DNA of 64,000 nt from Ramazzottius varieornatus (taxonomy: Eukaryota > Animalia > Tardigrada). The translations under genes were made by a program, and so were the position numbers. Position 1 is the first letter of the stretch. Every line of letters begins with the position of its first letter. The notes under the pieces were generated by a model that did not search any database, was not told where the DNA came from, and saw only the letters and a program-made list of their open reading frames with translations. The DNA is taken from NCBI GenBank assembly GCA_001949185.1, contig BDGG01000002.1, forward strand, positions 4,330,448 through 4,394,447. Direction: 5' to 3'. This document shows, one piece after another, positions 48,538 to 60,928 of this stretch.

Positions 48538-49211
48538 CAGTGCTGGGATAAATATGATATATCGTATCTTATCGAAATATATCACATCACAGTGATTCGA
48601 TATGACAAAAGTATCATATCGAAAAAACGGGCAAATTTCTGGACGGATTATCGCTGAGCGGAATATGATAAATGAAAATATCATATCGCGGTATATCGAT
48701 ATATTTCTGATACATCGATATATTTCTGATATATCGATAAATCGCAAACCCGCAATTGAGAATCGGAACTTCGGAAGCCAATACTCCGGTTCGGTACCGC
48801 GCAGGCCGCGCAGCCTCGCCCGTAATGTATCGCACACATTCATCCAAGGTGACTTCGGAGAAGTGAACAGTCGGCGTACCTAGGTGCGTAACGACAGACC
48901 TCGATAGATTGAGCAACGAACACACTCGCGTACACGAAGACATCTGACTTTTGTTCTGAGTCGAACGTAGTGAACGACAGCCGTTTGGCTTCTCTTTGGC
49001 TCTTTCCTTATTTCGATAGTTTTCAACATGGTACTGGATCGATTTATCGATATATCACTGCAATAAAATTCCATATATCAACAATAAAATATCAGAAACG
49101 AATCATATCGAAATATCGATACGTGGTTGATATCTAAAACGAAATATAAATATTGAAAGATATTTATCAGAAAATATCACATCGAACGTTGTCGTATTTG
49201 TCCTAGCACTA
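48538..49211. mobile_element. hAT-type MITE with CGATAT subterminal repeats (related to 34677-35213)
   Basis: Perfect 8-bp TSD CGCACTAG (48530-48537 and 49212-49219); TIR CAGTGCTGGGA vs TAGTGCTAGGA; dense ATATCG motifs. Confidence 0.85.
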
Positions 49212-51957
49212 CGCACTAGGTTACACCCACATGTTATACTTCACATGCACAAACTAACAGATTCCTTCAAAGGAAAACAGAATGTCAACATCAGACGAGA
49301 ATGTGACTGAGCATACCAATGCAGAAGAGATTCCCGTTTTACTGTGGTGATATCACCAGTGAAAATCCCATTGTCTTTACGAACGATATGTCCGTACTTT
49401 CCGTTATCCTCTCTATCCTCTTTGGTCTCGTACCCTTACACATCACTCTCTTGTGTAATTTCTCTTTGCATTGTCTGAAAATTGACTCTTTCTAAATAGC
49501 AACGGAGAGAGGCCATACCAAGCAATCATTATCTGCTTAACGAACTGGCAAACACCGCCAGCTCTCGTATGACTCCGCAGAAGTGAGAAGTTCCGTGCAG
49601 AAAGTCGAGCTATACACGCGGTACACGGCTTGGACGTTCCGTTCGTGCGGAAACGTTTTGTAGCGTAAAGAAATCTCACGGCGGCAAATGCCTACAACGA
49701 AGTTGATGGCTCAGCCAACAGACATTCACACTTCACCCCGATTAATGATTATTATCGTCCGACTAACCAGGAACTTTGAACGGACGACAGCTTCAGCTAA
49801 ACTTAACTGCAAGTTGATAGAGAACCTGATGGTACCGGCGCTCTGCCTGTTCAGCAGAAACTTCCACTTCACGAGTCTTCAAGACAAACCACCACTGATA
49901 CTTTCCTATCCGTCACAAAAAGTCAAACTTTCTTCCTTCAGGACCTGTAGGCTGCCCGTTCGTCTCAGAGACTTACCTCGCCAGTGTCCGTCAGTTGATC
50001 CTGAATATTTTTGAAAGGCCTTAGCCAAGCGTCCCCGACTTTGATGCTGCAGGAATCTCGGGCTTCGCTGACCATCGACAGGTTCATCCACCAAGGAAGA
50101 TTGAAGGACCTCGCAAGACCTCTGAGTCAGCCAGTTGGGCCAAACTTCTTCGCTCAATGGGCGAAATTTACATGGGCCGTAAAACCCCACCGTTCCTTCT
50201 TTCGGAGCCCGTTGTAGCGATAGCGGGTACCCGCTTGCGAAGCGCAAACGGATAACAATGTGTAGGCGATCTAGGTTCGAGTGACGGGTCGCTTTACGGT
50301 GCGACAAGGCTCTGTAAATTTTCGGAAATTGAATTTTCCGAGTCAGAACTCTGAATGTGATGTTTGGCTTTTTCTCAGTATCTTTTCTTCGGTACCGTTC
50401 GTGGAATAGATTTTATTCTGTCATCATTGTCTTTTCGATAAGCTACCACTGTACAGTTAACACTGTCCATTCTCATCTTGTGTACCACTAATCCTCTCAT
50501 AAATTATGGCCTGTGCTCCATGTATAGCACTAGTGGTTTTGCTCTGTTCTAGCATCTTCTAACTATGGTGTTTTACGAAGACGACGTCTTTACTCCCGAG
50601 GACCGCCCAACTTTTCCATTCCCGATAAAATTTACAGAGCTTAGCCCCTGAAAATTTTTAGCTGACCCGTCACCTATAAGAAATCCCTGGGTCCCTGCGC
50701 AAAGACACTAGGCCGTTCGGCGTATGACGTCGCCCGAAAGAGGAGAGCGAGGACACACGAAAATCGTCCATTGAGCGAAGGAGTTTGGTTAGACTTTACA
50801 GAAGACCGGCAAAAGCTGCACTTTACTGATGAAAATTCAGCTGAAGGAAAAAAGCTCTCGAACAACTGACAGCTTCCAGCTTATGTACTCCTAGAGAAGC
50901 GCCGCCTACAGGCCAGGCTTGACACCTCAAGGTAATTCCCTGTCAGTCGTACACTCATCGCACTCGTACACAAAATTCTAATTTCAAATTTGAAATTAAA
51001 TTCTTGTTACAGTTTGAACTTCTTTTAAACGATTAAAGTTTGACGAACTGAAGAACGTCGGGGCTAATACCGTCAGGAAACATGGGTGGTAACCCGGTGG
51101 TTCAGCAACGTATCGAGTCGTACAAGCTGCGCAGCTTTCCCACAGCAGTCAGCTCTTTGTGTCCGACACCCTTATGAGTCAGAAGACGCATGTATCTTGC
51201 CGGGGATAACGGGTAAAGTGGAATTAATTTTTCCAGGCTCTAGTCATGAAGCTCCTTCGACTCTATGAGTTCACTTTTGAACACGTAGAAGCAGCAGTAA
51301 CTTTTCCGCCAACTGTAGTCTTGGTCTACGAACAATTTAAAGTTCTTTTGCAGAGATTTTCTGGAGCGTGCAAGGTCGTAGAGGACCTTCTCTCGGATTC
51401 AACTTACGACCAACCGGTGGCTCCGTTTTTGTAGCCATCGGCAGAATCTTCGCGGCGAAACTCATTGTTAAACTGTTCAGCAACGAGCTTGTACAGAACT
51501 TTGAGGAAAATCTGACAAAATTCGAAGGGATGTTAATGGAGTAACCGAGATTCAGTAAGTAACGCATCGGTGGCTGCGCCATAGAATCTTCGGGCCAGCA
51601 CCTGGCTGTAGGAAGTGATAGCGTTAGGTGGCCAGATCAGCCGCTTAGCGCTGCCGAGCATGCTGCGGTCCGGTGATTTCGAGAAAGTAATCAAATCTAC
51701 GGCTGGCACAGGGGCCACTTGCCTAGCTGTCAGTGCTTACAGCCAGGGGGTGGTCTGAAGATTCTATTGCGCCGCCACCCATGAACTAACGTATGGTTGA
51801 TTGAATTTAGTTGAATACCCTTTGTCAAGTGAATCGTCCCTTATCTGCAAAGCATATTGTATCACATATTCCCATCACAAGAAAGCTTCCGTTCTGTCCC
51901 TTCACGAGGTTGAGGGTTTGCTGTGCGTCGGGATTTGAGTGAAAGTTGGAATTGAAG

Positions 51958-54900
51958 ATGAACGCGATGGAGCAGGTAATGCCTTCTGAATATGGTAGAT
52001 GTTAGGTTATTACACTAAAGCGAACGGAAGTGCTTGCCTGTTGCTCTGGACTGTACTCCATTGCCGTAAAAGGGTCTGTGCTTTTGTTGCAGGAGATAAT
52101 TCAAGTGGAAACCTTCTGCCGGCAGTTTTATGAGCCGGTGAACGGGCTGCAGCAAAAAGAGGCCGAAAGAGCACTGATTGCCTTCGTCGAGAGCCCCGAC
52201 TGTCTCCAGAAATGCCAAGTTCTTCTTGAGCGTGGACAGGTAGGTTGCGCTTTTAATTGTCAAGCATTTCCTTCAGTGAACGATCCAGTGATGGGGTTGT
52301 TTGCAGTCGCCCTATTCCATAACTCTGGCCCTCAACACCCTGACCAAGCTGTGCTCCAAACAGCCATTCCTCACTGTGGCGCAAAGGATAGATATACGTA
52401 AGCTAGAAATCCCTTATATACTGTACATTCACTGCATTTGAGAAGCGAGTTTTACGGTTGGTTTTTGTCGTTACAGGGAATTTCATCTTAAATTTTCTGT
52501 ATGCAAATCCGAAACTTGCGCCATTCGTCCTCCAGGCAGCCACGAAGGTAAATTTTTTTATTACTGGTGGACTGAGCATTTTCGTACTGTATATTATACA
52601 AGGTTTTCGGATGAATGTTATGTATGATTGTCTTCTTGCAGCTTTATGCCACCATTATCAAATGCGGATGGTTCGATCGCGAGAAAGATGAGTTCCTGTT
52701 TCGCGGTGCCGTGGATGATGTGACCAAGTTTATCCAAGTGAGTTGTCAGTAGCGCACGAAGCTTCCGGTAGTTCCGGTGATGGTAGTGAACAACCTGCAA
52801 TTCATCGCAGGGCTCGATGGAGCAAAGCATCGTCGGTATACAGCTGCTGGCTGCTCTTGTGACGGAGATGTCTCATAGTGGCAATGTAAGTTTTCTACGT
52901 ATTATATAAGTACTCGTATAAAACTTTGAAGTCAAAGTTCCTCATGACGTTACATTCTGTTTCGTCTCTTCTTAGGGAGACTCTGCGAGGTCACTGACCA
53001 CCCACATCAAGACTTCGGCAGCTTTTCGGGAAGTTCAGCTTTTCGACATTTACAAACTGGCTTGCACATTGCTACAGAATGCGCTGAAGAACAATGCTAC
53101 ACCAACCGACGATGTTCGAGTGAGTTTTCTTTTCTTCAGTTAGTATTTTCAAGCATTTTATTTTTCATATGGGTACAATGTACTAAGATTTTTTCTCCTG
53201 TTTAGCTTGGGCTGTTTTCGAGCCTTCTGAGCCTCGCATTGGCTTGCCTCAATTACGACTTTGTGGGGACGGCTGTCGATGAATCTGATGATGCCAACAC
53301 CGTACAGATCCCTGCGGCTTGGAGATCCAGTAAGTCGTACAATCTACATGACGATCTAAACGAAGTCCGCCTCAGTTTCTGTCAAAATACTGCTCTGTCA
53401 GTCAGACGCGTATTTCCGTCTTGGGGATTCCCTATCTGTTGTAGTTCTCAAGCTGAACTTGTCCTTTGTAGCCTTCGTCGACCCGGGTCACTTGAAGCTC
53501 TTCTTCACGTTGTACACTTCCCTCCCGCCGTCGGTCAGCCACCTGGCTTTGAGCATTCTGGTTCAGCTGGGCTCAGTCAGGAGGTCCCTGTTCAACTCCA
53601 CCGAGCGAGCAACCCATCTTCACGCTTTGATGAGTGGTGTCCGGGACATTCTGGAGAACCACGCAACCGTAAGAGTTCCAAGCGTTCCCGAGCAATCGTA
53701 AATCGGCCTCATGAGCTCTTTCAGTGAAAGTGTCTTTTTTTTCTTTGCAGAACTTGGGCGACGCTCAGTGTTACCACGAGTTCTGTCGTCTCTTGGCTCG
53801 CCTTAAAGCCAGTTTCCAGCTAAGCGAACTGATGGAATCGGACAACTACACGGCGTTCATTAGTCAAGTGGCCAACTTTACCATGATGAGCATCCAGGTG
53901 AATCTGCAAAACCTGTCTTTTGCGAATTTTATTCGGATGCTTTGATTAGTTTAATCAGCATATTGGATGTTTTATCTTTTGCAGCATCTCCAGTTTTCGC
54001 ACAACAGTTTGCACTACATCCTGAGCTTGTGGCAACGTCTGGTGGCTTCCATGCCATATGTCAAGTCCGCCCAGCCTCACCATCTGGACACCCACGCACC
54101 GGAAGTGTCGCGGTCGATGGTGATGTCCCACCTGGACATGGTGGCACATGTCATCAACGAAGGCGTGGAAGACCCCATCGACGACCTAGGTCTCCTACAC
54201 CAGCAGCTAGACCAGTTCGCCATCATCGTCCGTTGCGAGTACGAGTCCAACTGCACTGTCATCGTGCAGCTCTTCGAGAGATCCGCCAGAGTCTACGATG
54301 ACCTGCTGAAGAAACAGGGCAGTGCGGAAAAAGACATCCTCATTGAAGAAGGTATGTGTTAGTATCTCTGTCAGGTGGTTCCCTGTTTTTACGCTTTGGC
54401 AGCCTTAGTAGCGGTTGCTCTAAACTAACTTATACTTTCGCTGTTCCTACAGAACGCCTCGCTTGGCTGGTCTACTTCATCGGTGCGGCCATTAGTGGTC
54501 GAGTCGCATATACGGCTTCCGATGAGACTGATGCCATAGATGCCCAACTAATCTGTCGGTATGTGAAAGTGATAGTCTGGTTAAGTTATGTTCTTGCAAT
54601 CTTCGGAAAGGTTCGGTTAACACCACATGCTAAAGTTGCTCTACTTTCGCAGGGTTATGCGGCTGATGAGCTTCACTGACACAAGGTTAGGTCGCCGGAA
54701 AAGCGAGAAGCTAGAACTGGCCATCCTGCAGTTTTTCGAGTACTTCCGGAAGGTTTACATTGGGGACCAGTCGCCGAAAGGTGTCTACTCAGTCATGAAA
54801 GCCGAACTGGGTATTGACGATGAGCTGATGGTTATGAGCATCATGATCCGCAAAATGTAAGTTACACATGAGCACTGGAAGTCTTCTTCGCAACGGTTCC

Positions 54901-57506
54901 GCCTGAGTTGTTGATGTCTTTGTAGTGTGACCAACTTGAAGTTCTGGGGTGATAGCGACAACGTGGTGACAAGAAGCCTGCAGCTGCTGAACGACCTTTC
55001 CATGGGTTACAGCAGCATTAGACGGATGGTCAAGCTCGATGAAGTTCAGTTCCTCCTGAAGAACCACACCGTAAGTTAACACAGTCCTCGTGTTTCTTCT
55101 GACTATGGTCGCCGTTGAACAGTCGTAGAAGCTGGCTGTATTGTATTTCCAGAGTGATAACTTTCCGTTTCTGGGAACGAACTCTACCCTCGTGGACCTG
55201 AAATGTCGAACAGCCTTCTATGCATCGCTAGCTCGTCTCCTTACCATTGAGCTGGCTGACGATGAAGACAAGCTGGAAGAGTTCATGCGACCAATTGGAG
55301 GTAGAGGAATCTGTTTCCCGGAATTTCTTTTGAGTTTGTTAGCCAACTTTGGGGCGGAGTTTAACGTTTGAAAATTTTTCTATTCTTTAGTGGAGTTTGA
55401 GACCCTCGCTCGGCTGATGGGTGCTGCCGGCACTTCGCTCTTCAACGAGAGGGAAGCCAAGACAGCTGCCATCGGTGTGGCGAGGGACCTTCGGGGTATC
55501 TGCTCGGCGCTGCTGAACAAGACTTCCTATGTCTTGTTCTTCGAATGGTTGTACCCGAAGTACCTGACGGTGTGCGAGAGGGTAATCGAGTACTGGTATG
55601 CGGAACCCACCGTGGCGAACCCCATGTTGAAGTTCATGATGGAGCTTGATCAGAACCGCTCGCAGCGAATACAGTTCGATATATCCTCACCTAACAACAT
55701 TCTGCTCTTCAAGGAAATCTGCAAAGTCTTCACAGTTTACGGTAAGCTCAAATACGTAAAAGACAAGCAAATTCAAGCAGATAAAGAATCAGAAAAAAAA
55801 ACTAAAAGAAACAGAACAGATTGAAGTTGGGTATTTGAATGGTGTTTTACAGGAAGCCGAATCCTTAGCCTAACCGACATTCCGAAGAACGACATGTACG
55901 CCAAGAAGTTGAAGGGAGTTAGCATTGCTTTCAACATGTTTCGGTTCGCCCTGGGAGGTTGCTATTGCAACTTCGGCATTTTTCTGCTGTATGGCGACCG
56001 AACATTGGACGAAGCCTTCCAGGTCCTCCTCAAACTCATGACTTCAATTTCGCATTCTGATCTCTTGGTAAGTTTGTCCTCTCACTTCTCTCACTCGTCT
56101 GCTTGCATGTGAGTTGTAATATGTTATGATCGGTGATCGTTTTAGGAGCATCCCAAACTGGGACAGGCGTATTATTCCATCCTCGATCAGATCGCCTCCA
56201 ACCACATCGACTTTCTGAACAAGGTGGATGTCCAAATTTTCCTGTACATTCTTGACAGTATTTCCAAAGGGGTGAATTCAATCGGTACGTTGCTTCACTG
56301 GCAGGAATTTAAACGTTTAAAGCGAGGAGTGCGACTAAATTGTGTGGTTTTTGCAGACAGCAACGTGAACGCGAACAGCTGTCAGACGTTGGACAACGTT
56401 GTGACGGCTCTCTTCAAGGAGCTACAGCGCCGTCAGAAGCACCCTGAGCAAGCCACCCCCGAAAGCCGTTCCTCAGCGTTGCAGGTCTACGAGATGCAGC
56501 CTCAGCGCTACCAGCAGCTCCTGGCTTCCCTTCTGCGCATCGTCATGTTCGAAGACGGCAGAAACCAATGGAACTACTCGCGTCCCCTCCTCGTCCTTAT
56601 CTTACTCTGTGATAGGGTCAGTATTAATGTTTCAGACGGCGGTGGTCATTCTTTTTCGATTTTCTTCTATACGAAACGATGGTTTTTCTTCTGTTTAGCA
56701 TTTTCAAGAGCTTCAGCCACGAATCGTTGCGTCGTACCCGGAAGAGAAACGACCGCAGGTCCAGCACTGCTTCCTGACTTTGATGGACGGTGTCGACAGC
56801 ACGCTGTCGAACAAGACACGCGATAGGTATGCGACTGTGACGATCTCTTTTTGAACATTCGAAGAAAAGCTAAAGTGGAACAGATTTGCGGCGTCGGCAA
56901 ATGAATCGAGCATGATCGTTTTCCCAAGTGCCGCACGCTACAGCCAGCAACAACGAAAATGTACGCCACTTGAGGTAGCGTGATCATGTCATGTGGCGCA
57001 TGTTTTCATTGTTATCGGCTGAAGTGTGCACCACTTAGGTAGATGAACATGTTCAATTTATCTGCCAACGTTTCTTCTTTAGGACTTTAGAACTTTCTCG
57101 GTGTTTCGGATTTGGGGAGATCGTTTGGGTTATTGTAGGTTCACCAACAACTTGTCGATCTTCCGCCGCGAGCTGAACGAGACGCAGAAAGGCATGGAGA
57201 ACGTCAACCCTATGTTAGACTGGATAGCCATGAGAGATGAGCTGGACAAGTTCTGGCAGCGGTTGAACGCCGAGTTTGCCGGAAGCGGAGGTTTGTTCTT
57301 CGAATATGGGTGAAGGTGAACATGTCAACGTCTGCCGTCCATTAACGATGTCCTTTCTTTTTGGCGTATTAAGTTTTAGGCTTTCAACCTTTACGGCCCT
57401 TGATGTCATTCTGAACGTGATGCAAAATCCTCTTTTCTTCCGTCTTGCAGGAGAGACGCTGGTCGTGTACGACGCTCCACTTCACAGAAACCTATACTTG
57501 ATGTGA
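51958..57506 (+). CDS. XPO7: Exportin-7 (RanBP16), multi-exon
   Basis: [112 protein letters not shown]. The stop is at 57313, or at 57506 via an extra terminal exon; AATAAA near 57628. Confidence 0.93.
56893..57070. repeat. Double N24 palindrome (XPO7 intron)
   Basis: Two cores, each with a 24-nt spacer, arranged as an inverted duplication. Confidence 0.8.
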
Positions 57507-58140
57507 AAATGAGCGGGTACGAAACTCTCATTTGCTCTTTCCTTTTTCTTCATGGCGCTCTGACGAAGCATACCCACATATCTTTTATCGCTTTGTATTC
57601 ACAAGGATTATTTTGTGTTAGTTTTATAATAAAAGGTATATATTTCCAGACTGAGTAAGGTCTCGTATTGACAAGTAAATTCCTAAAAATTCCTCGTGTG
57701 GATGTTTTACGTTGTCTGTGAATCTTTTCTGGGATCGACTGAGTCTCTATGTCCTGAGTTGATCACCACAGAACAGAAAATTCTCACCGCGGAAGAAAAC
57801 CTTAACGCCATAATCTGGGTTACGAGCTTTCCAATCTTTACTGCGAAAGAGCCGCCCTCAAAATAAGTCTCGAGCAAACCGAGAAATAAAAATCTTTAAT
57901 CTTAGTGAAAAGGGTAAAAAAGCACTCACCCAGGCCGACAGTGAAGTCAACATCGGGCGATCCACAAAATATCGTGAATAAACGGGAAAAGAAGAAGAGC
58001 AAGCGCTACGGTACAGAAGCGGAGATCGAAGAGCCTGAAATAGTCCAGAGCTATTTTATATTCTAAATAAGTTGCACCACAATGAAGCACAATGACAAAC
58101 AGTTGAGGTTAGTACACAGCGACAACAAATTCAAAAAGTG

Positions 58141-60928
58141 TTATCTTGCAAGAGGCTCGGCCAGCAGAGCCATCGGCTGGTTATCTCCGTCAATGCGAGT
58201 AGAAGAACGACCTGAAGCTGCTGATTGTGGAAGAGTTACAACAGAGTTGTTGAAGAAGTCCCATATCAGGATGGTGTCGTCGTGGCTGCTGCTGACAATC
58301 TGAAACTCGTCGAACTGAAGCCGGAAGACGCGACCAGTATGCTCCTAAAAAATCAGTGAACATTAGCGGCGTAACCGACAAGCTGCACGAAAGGCTCTTC
58401 AATGACGCACCAAATACACTTACCACTAGAGTCTTCACACACAGGGATGAAGCGAGAGAAAGAGGATTGAGGGCAGCTTGGAGATCCCATATCTTGATTT
58501 TACTGCAAGTAAAACAGACAGACTAGGCCATCGTCCCCATGTGGTGCTGCATCAACGTACCCATCGTATGCGCCGCTGACAATTCGCTTGTTATCGAACC
58601 GTATGCAACGGACTAACTCTTCGTGGCCTTCCAAGACTCGAAGACAGGCTCCGCACTCAATATCCCACAACCTACAAATCGAAACGTGGGAATACTTTGG
58701 AGTCGTTAACCCACTAGCCACCGTTCAGTGTTCTTCCGGTGGATCTGAAGGATGAGATGTAGGCGTACCTTATCGTGTTGTCCGAGCTTCCGCTAGCAAT
58801 GAGCCTCTCCTTGTACTGCAGACAGGCGATTCCACGTTTGTGCCCTTGCAGAGTTCTGACAAACTCGCACGAACTCGTTGACCACACCTAGAACAGACCA
58901 TGGGTTATACCTAAGTGAAGATGTTACGCCTGGGAATGAAGAAATAAAATTTCCTTTACCTTGATGGTTCGATCACCGGATGCCGAGACGATGTACTTAT
59001 CATCAAAGTCCACCACATTCACAGCGGCTCGATGGCCGACCAGCACTCTCCTGAGAGCAATATCTTTGGGCGAAAGCATATCCCAAACAGCAATGGATCG
59101 GTCCTTGGAGCAAGTGACCATCATGCCATTCTGGAAGCGGACATGCAATACTGCTTCGCAGTGATGGACTAGTGTGTTGAGCATTTCTCCGCGGGCAATG
59201 TCCCACACTCGGACCGTTGAGTCACTCGAACCGCTAACGATAATCCTCTCATCGTACTGCAGGCAGAGGACTGAACCTGTGTGGCCAGTCAGTATCTGCG
59301 AGCACTGCAGGTTATTCCGATCCCAAACCTAAAAGAAAATAACGGTTGTCAGCAATGCGCAAGGACCTGCCTGCCGACGAATTACATAGTACAATAAAAC
59401 ATTCCCTCTTATGTTAGGTGACAACGAGCAATGGCAAAGAAGACTGCTCTGCTTTTGCTTCAACCTGCATACTAAGCTATCACACAAAATTGTACGAGTT
59501 CATGTATGCAGCCGCCTGAAAGCGGACGTGGAAAGCGAATGACACTTTTGCAAGCACCTGCATGCTTCCGTCTCACAGTAAGCATGCGACAGAGTGTACG
59601 CAGGTTCGCTCATCCATGAATACTCCTTCGCCAACGTCAACACGCTGCTTGATGTATGCGGGCATACGACAGATCGTGTACTCTGCTCGTAGACCACTCA
59701 AATGGAAAGATCCACGGTCTCTTCATACCCGGAAGTGGACAGTCACATTCCTCACGTGCACGAACAGACAAATAAACAAACATAAGCCACTCGGAAAACC
59801 AACCTTAATCGTGTTATCACGTAGTCCGCTGATAATCTTCTCGTCGTCGTACTGGAGGCAGTAGACACCTTTGCTATTTTCGCTCCGGCAGTTTATTTTG
59901 TGCAGAGCAAAGTTTCCAAGCTTCCAGTTTCTTTCCGTGGTCTAACGCAAATAAACAGCCACATTCAACCCACTATTACAAAATAATCCTCCTTCTCATC
60001 ACACAATGTCCGTTTACAGACCGTCATCACTTACATCGATATCCCTCGTGATGATCGGGTATAACTGCCGGTAATAAGTATCACCCAACTGAGGTAACGG
60101 ATACTTTCGGAACAGATTGCGGATCCTGCGAGCAGAAACTCTTATTCATGACGTCATATCCAAGTTTAGTATGGGCGATATTCCTTACCAGCCGCGTCTT
60201 GTTCCGATTCCACGCCATAAAGGATCGGTTCTGACATTGTTCTCGATGAGCTTTCTCCATAACTGTCCTTCGGCAACGACCCGTGACCAGTCGTGGCAAA
60301 CTCGTTCCGCCGCTCGCAGCGATGAAGCGTCGAGTTTAAAGAGGATTTTCTCGGCAAGCACGTGCAGCCCCAAGTCTGGAGAAACAACATAATGAAAATA
60401 TATTTGAAAATTACAAGAATGATTATTTCTGATAAGCTCTGATTATTTCTGATAGGAAATCCCACGGATAGAAAAAACAAATTTCGTACTTGAAAGGAGC
60501 GATATGAAATCACGCTTCAGCAAAGGTTTGAGGTAGCTATTGATTTCTCCATGTTGGAACTGGTTCATTCGCAGCAGCAGTTCTTGCGCGAACTGTATCT
60601 GCTGTTCTTCACCGAGATGATCGAAACGCAAGAAGATGTCGGCGAAGTCCCCGGGAAAGCGCGCCGTGTCACCACCGCCCAGCTGACTGAGTCGTCGAGT
60701 AATGTCCTTGGTGGGAGAAGGTGCAGTCTCAGATAAGTGCATCATGGCCACCATCCGTTCAGCGGAAGGGAGCTCGCGACCCGTCAAGCCAGGACTGAAT
60801 GGCTCTTCAGACGTGTCCATCGCTTCTTCTTTGCTGTTCAGGATAGCTTCATTGGAATTCTCATCGCCCGATCCGAATGTTGAGAAGTTGGAGCTGCTTC
60901 CTTCCTTACTGATCCGCGGATAACTTAT
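58141..60928 (-). CDS. slmb: beta-TrCP / slimb F-box WD40 protein (BTRC/FBXW11 family); 5' end not located
   Basis: D-domain ([25 protein letters not shown]), F-box ([26 protein letters not shown]), and WD40 repeats ([65 protein letters not shown]). Stop at 58141. Confidence 0.92.

Noticed and set aside
49680-51720. Short ORFs upstream of XPO7
   Set aside because: No recognisable domain or consistent exon chain.
1940-57070. Reading the conserved arms plus variable spacer as a CRISPR array or RAG-type recombination signals
   Set aside because: The copies are dispersed inverted repeats in eukaryotic introns, the spacers share a weak common consensus, there is no heptamer/nonamer, and no cas or RAG genes are present.
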